Virus record (IMG/VR): IMGVR_UViG_3300020045_007431
Span: 1-42,835 of that record
Length of the DNA stretch: 42,835 nt
Strand: one strand, 5' to 3'
Source: a virus
Lineage: Duplodnaviria; Caudoviricetes
Shown: piece by piece, positions 37,110 through 42,835 of the stretch
Layout: every line of letters starts with the position of its first letter
Position numbering within the stretch: the first letter of the stretch is position 1
Notes under the pieces: model-generated
Told to the model about the DNA's origin: nothing
Database searches by the model: none
Seen by the model: only the letters and a program-made list of their open reading frames with translations
Position numbers and translations under genes: made by a program

Positions 37110-37140
37110 AACTGGACGCAACTTAAAACTGGAGTTTGAA

Positions 37141-37482
37141 ATGCCAAAGGTTTTTGTTACACAAATTCCTCACAGGAGAGACCCTGACACAAAAGCATTC
37201 GTGCCTTCTGTCAATGTTTCAACTGCGAGCGAGTTTGGAGAGGTCACGGTGATGATGCCTCCAAGGGCGTCATTTTTCGCGACGGCTGATCTGGTGAAGC
37301 AATTGTCTGATCAGCTGAGTGACTATGACTGTGAAGCAGGAGATTGCATCATAGCCATGGGAGACCCTGTTGTGATGGCGACTGCATTTGCCATTCTCGG
37401 CAGGAAAGGCGCATTCACAGTCCTGCGTTGGGATCGCAACATGGGAAGGTATGCGCCTGTGAGGGTGAAGCTTGTCAATTAA
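37141..37482 (+). CDS. Hypothetical protein
   Basis: 113 aa with SD GGAG; first gene of the rightward unit. Confidence 0.7.
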   Translation: MPKVFVTQIPHRRDPDTKAFVPSVNVSTASEFGEVTVMMPPRASFFATADLVKQLSDQLSDYDCEAGDCIIAMGDPVVMATAFAILGRKGAFTVLRWDRNMGRYAPVRVKLVN

Positions 37483-37510
37483 CTAATCAACTTAAAAGGA
37501 ATCACGAAAC

Positions 37511-38014
37511 ATGATTACACTCAATGAAATGTCGGCTCTGGCTCGGGCATTGCTCGACGCGGAATCGGCAACAAAGGACGCTGAACAGGCGTTGAAAGAT
37601 GCCAAGGAACGCGAGCGCCTCATCCGGGAGGAGACCATCCCCTCGGCCATGCAGGAACTCGGCCTCGAATCCTTGGTGCTGGACACCGGCCAAAAGCTGA
37701 AAGTCCAACAGGAGGTCTATGCCTCCATCCCCGCTGCCAACAAGCAAGCGGCGTACCGTTGGCTGAACGACAACGGCTTCGGCGGTCTCATCAAGGTTGA
37801 GGTCGATGCCAGCTTCGGCAAGGGCGATCAGGACAAGGCGCTGGAACTATACAGCGAACTCAGCGGTCGCGGCCTGCAAGCGTCTTTCGACGAGAGCGTT
37901 CATGCTCAAACCCTCAAGGCGTTCCTGAAGGAGCAGATCTCCCAAGGCAACGACATCCCGCTCGACCTGTTCGGTGCTCGCCCGGTTTGGGCGGCAAAGA
38001 TCAGCAACAAGTAA
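37511..38014 (+). CDS. Conserved phage replication-region protein
   Basis: Coiled-coil N-terminus; IPSAMQELGL, WLNDNGFGGLIK and VHAQTLKAF motifs; SD AAAGGA. Confidence 0.7.
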   Translation: MITLNEMSALARALLDAESATKDAEQALKDAKERERLIREETIPSAMQELGLESLVLDTGQKLKVQQEVYASIPAANKQAAYRWLNDNGFGGLIKVEVDASFGKGDQDKALELYSELSGRGLQASFDESVHAQTLKAFLKEQISQGNDIPLDLFGARPVWAAKISNK

Positions 38015-38048
38015 TTCACTCTCTCAAAACTGAAAAGGAAATATCATC

Positions 38049-38873
38049 ATGGCTAAGAAAGAACAAAACACCGCTGTCGCCGAAGTCAAGAACACTGCTG
38101 TTGGCTTCCCGTTGGACTTCGCGGCTGACGCCGGTCTCGGTATGGAAGGCGCTGACAAGTCGTCCTTCGCAATCCCATTCATCACCATGCTGCAAGGTCT
38201 CTCGCCTCAGCTGGAAACGGTCGAAGGCGCAAAGCCCGGCAAGTTCATCAACACCATCACCAACGAACTGTACGACGAAGTTCTGGTCGTGCCTTGCGCC
38301 TACCAACGTCGCTTCCTGCGCTGGTCGCCCCGTTCCTCTGGTGGCGGCTACAAGGGTGAGTTCAATCCGATCGAAGTCGAAACCGGCGCTCTGCCCGGCC
38401 TGAAGTTGCTCAACGGTGTCTATCTGATGGATGTGCCTGAAGGCGCTCCGGCCTTCGATCCGAAGGGCTTGCCGCTCTACGATCACCTCAGCGACACCCG
38501 CAATCACTTCGTGCTGGCCAAGAACGCTTCCGGCGGCTGGCAACCGGCGCTGATCTCGCTCTCCTCGACCCAGATCAAGAAGTCCAAGCGTTGGATGAGC
38601 CTGATCCAAGGCGTCGAGATGGAAGCCAATGGCCGTCGCTTCAACCCGCCTTCCTTCTCCTCGATCTACAAGCTCAAGCCGATCAAGGAAGAAAACAGCA
38701 AGGGCAGCTGGTGGGGTCTCGACATCAGCCGGGTTGGCTTCATCGAAGATGGTGAGCTCTACGGTCGTGCGAAGGACTTCCATGCGCAAGTGGCTTCCGG
38801 TGCAGTTGAAGTTGCTCCTCCGCCTGCAGCTGCTGAAGCTGGCGGCGATGCCGGTGGCGACGAACGCTTCTAA
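38049..38873 (+). CDS. Putative single-stranded DNA-binding protein
   Basis: IPFITMLQGLSPQ, STQIKKSKRW and aromatic motifs; acidic C-terminus ending in F; strong codon bias; upstream of primase. Confidence 0.55.
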   Translation: MAKKEQNTAVAEVKNTAVGFPLDFAADAGLGMEGADKSSFAIPFITMLQGLSPQLETVEGAKPGKFINTITNELYDEVLVVPCAYQRRFLRWSPRSSGGGYKGEFNPIEVETGALPGLKLLNGVYLMDVPEGAPAFDPKGLPLYDHLSDTRNHFVLAKNASGGWQPALISLSSTQIKKSKRWMSLIQGVEMEANGRRFNPPSFSSIYKLKPIKEENSKGSWWGLDISRVGFIEDGELYGRAKDFHAQVASGAVEVAPPPAAAEAGGDAGGDERF

Positions 38874-38898
38874 CCGCACGGCTCAGTAGTCAATAAAC

Positions 38899-38935
38899 AA
38901 GGGCGTGCGGCTTCGGCTGTGCGCCCTTTCTTTTT
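38899..38935 (+). terminator. Rho-independent terminator
   Basis: GGGCGTGCGGC-TTCG-GCTGTGCGCCC followed by TTTCTTTTT. Confidence 0.85.
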
Positions 38936-38953
38936 GCAAAAGGGGAGAAGTGA

Positions 38954-39613
38954 ATGGGCGAACTTTACAAGTTGGACTTTCCAAACGGCAAATCCTACAT
39001 CGGAATAACGACGAAGAATGCTGCCGAACGATTCAAAGGCCACAGGAGAGGAGCAAGGAGCCAGAAGAAATGCGCTCTGCTGGCAAGGGCTTGGGCGAAG
39101 TACGGTGAGCCAACCTTGATCACTTTGGCTGTGTTAGAAGAGGATGATCTGCCTGCCGCCGAGATCCGAGCCATCAAGGCGTACGGAACTTTGCATCCGG
39201 GAGGATACAACATGCTCGAAGGAGGGCAAATTTCTCCGATGAAAGACCCGGAAATAGCAGCAAGGGTCGGACGGAAGCTGAAAGGAAGAAAAGGTTCTGC
39301 TCATATGGCAGGGAAGAAACTGTCTGACGAAACAAAAGCCAAGATGTCAGAATCACACAAGAAATATTGGGAGGGCCGAACCATGAGCGAAGAACACAAA
39401 CACGCTCTGTCAAAAGCGAACAAAGGGAGAAAGATGACAGAATCCCAAAAAGAAATCCTTCTTCTGTCTCACAAAGGGAAAGAAACCTCAGCAGAAACCA
39501 AAGAGAAGATAAGCAAAGCACTAAAGGGGCGCGGAAGATCTGACGAAGCAAAGAGAAATATGTCTGAAGCCGCAAGAAATCGCTGGGCAAAACAAAGGAC
39601 AGAAAATGTTTGA
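38954..39613 (+). CDS. GIY-YIG homing endonuclease with multiple NUMOD3 repeats (copy 4)
   Basis: LYKLDFPNGKSYIG and GYNMLEGG; about five S-E-E-T-K-x-K-[MI]-S-like repeats. Confidence 0.9.
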   Translation: MGELYKLDFPNGKSYIGITTKNAAERFKGHRRGARSQKKCALLARAWAKYGEPTLITLAVLEEDDLPAAEIRAIKAYGTLHPGGYNMLEGGQISPMKDPEIAARVGRKLKGRKGSAHMAGKKLSDETKAKMSESHKKYWEGRTMSEEHKHALSKANKGRKMTESQKEILLLSHKGKETSAETKEKISKALKGRGRSDEAKRNMSEAARNRWAKQRTENV

Positions 39614-41771
39614 GAGTCAAATTCTTGAAGCAGCAAAACAATATGTAAACAGAGGGTGGTTTGTGTTCCCTCTGCATTCGATCGATGACGAAGGGCATTG
39701 CACTTGTGGGTCCAAGACCTGCACGGATCAAGGCAAGCACCCCCGAGTTGCTCGTGGCTTGAAAGAAGCCAGTCGTGATCTTGAGAAAGTAGAACAATGG
39801 TTCGGCGCTTCGGCTCCACGATCCAATTTGGCGATCGTCACAGGCGAGATATCCGGCATCACCGTGATCGACATCGACATTGGAGACGGGAAATTCGGTG
39901 CTGAATCTTGGGCGGAAGCAATCAAAGACCACGGCGAACCTGTGACCTTGATGGCGCAAACAGGGTCTGGCGGGATGCATGTGTTCTTCAAATACAACTC
40001 TGCTCTGAAAACAGCATCGAACGTGTTGGGAAAGGGAATAGACTGCAGAAATGACGGCGGATATGTCGTTGCTCCACCAAGCCGCCATCGATCCGGCGGA
40101 ACCTATGCTTGGCTGAATGAAGATCCAATGGCCAATCTTCCTGCTCACCTGAGCAAGCGCAAAGAGAGTCGTGGCCGTCCTCGCAAGGATGACATGTATC
40201 GCGGCAAATATACGATCGAGCAGGTCAGGTCGATGCTTGAAGCCGTTCCGTCAGACGACCGTGACATGTGGCGTCACTTCGGAATCATCCTTGGGCGTGA
40301 ATTCAAACGTGTTGATGAAGCTTGGCAAGTGTATGTCGAATGGGCAGACAAGGCCGGCGGCAAGAAAGGAAGAAATCACCAAGAGATCATGCATCAGGCG
40401 TTTCACGAGCTCAGCCAAGAAGTTTCTGAATCCCAGCTGACCATGGGAACCATCGTGAAGGCCGCGCTAGACAACGGCTGGGCTCCAAAGAGCGGCGAGG
40501 TGCCTCTGGGCAACTTTGTCTACTATGGTCCAGGGAACAACTACATATACCGTCCGACCATCAGCTATTGGATCGCAGCAGCAGTGGATGCCGCCGTCAG
40601 CCCGGTGAATGAGAACGGCAAGATCGTGAAGGCCAGCGAATGGCTGAAGATGAATCAGCTGACAACCTCCATGACGTGCGATCCCGCCATCGACGAGGAC
40701 TATCTCAAGGGGCACGACTGCCGTAACGGGGAAATCGTCCAGGTGCCCGGTGCCGCCATGTTCAATACGTATCGGAAGCCAACCATCGAACTCGGCGACG
40801 CTCGGCTGGCGCAACCCTTCGTGGATCACGTGACCAGAATCTTCAACAAGCCCGGTGACGCCGACCAGTTCCTGAACTACATGGCTCATCGTGTACAGAA
40901 GCCGGAAGAGAAGCCCCGGTTCGCGTTGCTGATCGCAGGCGGTCAAGGCGTTGGGAAAGACACAGCTGTTGAATTCTGCTGCCCGGCCATCGGTGTGTGG
41001 AATGTATCGAACATCGATCCTTCAGCCTTCGAGACACAGTTCAACGAGTTTGCCGCCTCAACACTCGTGCGGATCAGCGAAGCCGCCAACCTGCATGAAA
41101 TGAGCAAGTGGGCGTTCAACGAGCGCACCAAGGTGCTGATTGCCGGTTCGCCGGACGTCTGCCAGATCAACCCGAAGTACGGCCAGAAGTTCAGTGTGCG
41201 AATGTACTGCGGTGTGATCATCACCTCCAACCACTTGGCTAGCGGCATCTACATCCCGCCAGACGACCGGCGCTACGACGTGATCGAAGCGGCAACAATG
41301 GCTGAGATGGATCTGGTGGATGAGAACAAACGTCGCCAGTACTTTTCAGACCTGTGGGATTGGTTCCTCGCTGGCGGACAGAACCACATTGCGGCCTACT
41401 TGCATGAGCGTGATTTGAGCAACTTCTCGGCCAGCAACGGCCAACGCAAGACGACGGCTCACAAGACCGTTGTGGCAGGTGGGATGACGGGAGACCATTG
41501 GCTCAGCGACATCCTGGACAGCTTGGGCAATCCGCAGTTCGTTCGCCAAGACTGGTTGGTCACAAAGGCAGTTGCGGACGGAGAGAAGGACGTTGATGTG
41601 AAGCGCAAATTGCCAAACTCAATCGGAAGGTTGGATTACTTTGCCTACCAGAATCCTGAACGCAAGGACGGACGCTGGATGATCAACGGCAAGGGACAAA
41701 CTGTGTACGCAAGGGTTGGAACGCCGATCGGTTTGAATCCTGTTGAGAAAGTGTCGCAGGAGCCGTTCTGA
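39606..41771 (+). CDS. Bifunctional primase-polymerase fused to PriCT-2 and an SF3-type helicase
   Basis: GWFVFPL, CTC..C..GKHP, VIDID, TGSGGMH and GGYVVAPPS (Prim-Pol); DRDMW...G (PriCT); Walker A GGQGVGKD, IITSN and DRRY. Confidence 0.9.
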   Translation: MFESQILEAAKQYVNRGWFVFPLHSIDDEGHCTCGSKTCTDQGKHPRVARGLKEASRDLEKVEQWFGASAPRSNLAIVTGEISGITVIDIDIGDGKFGAESWAEAIKDHGEPVTLMAQTGSGGMHVFFKYNSALKTASNVLGKGIDCRNDGGYVVAPPSRHRSGGTYAWLNEDPMANLPAHLSKRKESRGRPRKDDMYRGKYTIEQVRSMLEAVPSDDRDMWRHFGIILGREFKRVDEAWQVYVEWADKAGGKKGRNHQEIMHQAFHELSQEVSESQLTMGTIVKAALDNGWAPKSGEVPLGNFVYYGPGNNYIYRPTISYWIAAAVDAAVSPVNENGKIVKASEWLKMNQLTTSMTCDPAIDEDYLKGHDCRNGEIVQVPGAAMFNTYRKPTIELGDARLAQPFVDHVTRIFNKPGDADQFLNYMAHRVQKPEEKPRFALLIAGGQGVGKDTAVEFCCPAIGVWNVSNIDPSAFETQFNEFAASTLVRISEAANLHEMSKWAFNERTKVLIAGSPDVCQINPKYGQKFSVRMYCGVIITSNHLASGIYIPPDDRRYDVIEAATMAEMDLVDENKRRQYFSDLWDWFLAGGQNHIAAYLHERDLSNFSASNGQRKTTAHKTVVAGGMTGDHWLSDILDSLGNPQFVRQDWLVTKAVADGEKDVDVKRKLPNSIGRLDYFAYQNPERKDGRWMINGKGQTVYARVGTPIGLNPVEKVSQEPF

Positions 41772-42151
41772 TGTTTGACCCGTTCGATGAGAGACTCAGG
41801 GACAAGATCAAGCGGCGCAAGCCGGAAGAAGTTGTCGCCGACAAGCGCAATTGGTGCGACAGAATCGACAACCACTTCCGAAGGGCGATGGACGAACTTG
41901 AATGGCCTGATTATGTAGACAGCGAATGCATCCACTTTTTGATCGACAATAATGCAGAGACGAACCTCGGAAAAGAGGTTCTGAAATGCAATTTTCGAGC
42001 GGCTATGGACAGGCTCGGATACGAGAAATTCATGAATGAAAAGTCCAAGGACGGACGCTGGAAGTTTGGAGACTGCTTTGTATTTGTATACTCCAAGCGT
42101 GGATCGGCCAGAATCGGGAAACTTGAGCTAAAACATGCACTTGAACGATAA
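41771..42151 (+). CDS. Stand-alone paralog of the primase-helicase C-terminal domain
   Basis: MDRLGY..N...KDGRW..G...VY matches IGRLDY..N...KDGRW..G...VY at the primase C-terminus; TGATG coupling. Confidence 0.65.
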   Translation: MFDPFDERLRDKIKRRKPEEVVADKRNWCDRIDNHFRRAMDELEWPDYVDSECIHFLIDNNAETNLGKEVLKCNFRAAMDRLGYEKFMNEKSKDGRWKFGDCFVFVYSKRGSARIGKLELKHALER

Positions 42152-42177
42152 ATGGGCACGCCGTCGCCTCCGAAAAA

Positions 42178-42283
42178 GTGCTTGGTTATTGCGCTATACC
42201 CTAACCTAAGATCCTCGTATATTAAGGTTAGAGACGTAATATAAATTAGTTTTAGACTTTGAGGGGAAGCCAATACCAAGCAC
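42178..42283. repeat. AT-rich nested inverted repeat (candidate origin or structured RNA)
   Basis: Outer arms GTGCTTGGTTATTG and CAATACCAAGCAC; inner arms CTAACCT (42201-42207) and AGGTTAG (42225-42231). Confidence 0.6.
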
Positions 42284-42299
42284 CGGCAGGAATGGACGA

Positions 42300-42328
42300 T
42301 TGCCGTGGCGTGCCCCTTGGAGCAGAAT
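42300..42328 (+). promoter_or_regulatory. Sigma70-like promoter for packaging genes
   Basis: TTGCCG-N17-CAGAAT upstream of terS. Confidence 0.55.
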
Positions 42329-42356
42329 TCAAAATTGAACCAATATGGAGTCAGAA

Positions 42357-42835
42357 ATGACCGAACAGAAGAAGCCGAGGAAAAGCAACAAGCCGAGACA
42401 GAGGTTCGTACAGCCGAATCCGGTTGGTCGTCCTCGTACCACCATCGAAGACTTGCCAAAAGGCTGGCAGGACATCATGAAACAAGCCGCGCAGGGCGGA
42501 GCGAGCAACGTCACGCTCAAGGTTTTGCTCGGTATAGGCCACACGGCGTTCGAGACTTTGCTGCAAGACAGCGAGGAATTTCAGAACACCGTTGAGGCGT
42601 GCAAGATGCTTGCTGAACACTGGCATGAAACCGTTGGCCGGAATATGATGACTGGAGCCAACGGCAACGCTGTCGCTTGGAAGTTCGCGATGCAGAACCA
42701 GTTCGGTTGGAAGGACAAGAACCAAGTGTCCGGTGACCCTGAAGCCCCGTTGCAACAGAACGTCACTGTCACCAAGCGCAACTTGTCTCCTGCAGAGCTC
42801 AAAGCAGAGTTGGAGGCGCGTGGCCTTCCGACGGA
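42357..42835 (+). CDS. terS: Terminase small subunit, 5' part (164 aa in total, ending at 137 after circularisation); absent from the supplied ORF track
   Basis: MTEQKKPR...VGRP...EEF...AVAWKFAMQNQFGWKDK; SD GGAG; upstream of terL. Confidence 0.75.
   Translation, partial: MTEQKKPRKSNKPRQRFVQPNPVGRPRTTIEDLPKGWQDIMKQAAQGGASNVTLKVLLGIGHTAFETLLQDSEEFQNTVEACKMLAEHWHETVGRNMMTGANGNAVAWKFAMQNQFGWKDKNQVSGDPEAPLQQNVTVTKRNLSPAELKAELEARGLPT
42715..42835. repeat. Second copy of the 121-bp terminal repeat
   Basis: Identical to 1-121. Confidence 0.97.

Noticed and set aside
37007-37140. Lysogeny switch (cI/cro)
   Set aside because: The flanking genes are not HTH repressors and the complete genome has no integrase or partition genes
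39300-39590. Repetitive A/G-rich tract as a CRISPR array or DNA repeat
   Set aside because: Explained by protein-level NUMOD3 repeats of the GIY-YIG gene; no identical direct repeats with spacers

Overview
This window is an apparently complete, circular tailed-phage genome of 42,714 unique bp; bases 1-121 are repeated exactly at 42715-42835. It encodes a contractile-tail (myovirus-type) virion. No integrase, repressor, tRNA or CRISPR is recognisable, so it is probably lytic, and the GC-rich codon usage with sigma70-like promoters suggests a proteobacterial host. The plus strand from 42357 across the junction to 21826 carries the packaging, head, neck, tail, baseplate, fibre and lysis genes. 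The minus strand from 37006 to 21807 carries a replication and nucleotide-metabolism arm: a C-family DnaE polymerase with a separate DEDDh exonuclease, SNF2 helicase, nuclease and dCMP deaminase. It also holds an unusual enzyme set of a divergent ThyX, an FAD oxidoreductase resembling UDP-galactopyranose mutase, a classical SDR, a VOC/glyoxalase-fold protein, a HAD phosphatase and a MazG-like NTP pyrophosphatase. That set is the best candidate for an undescribed system, a pre-replicative pyrimidine (thymidine) substitution or hypermodification pathway. The plus strand from 37141 to 42151 carries an SSB-like gene, a Prim-Pol/helicase and a stand-alone copy of its C-terminal domain next to a nested inverted-repeat AT-rich element. 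Seven free-standing HNH/GIY-YIG genes are each translationally coupled to a downstream core gene. All protein family calls come from motif recognition by eye, not from database searches.
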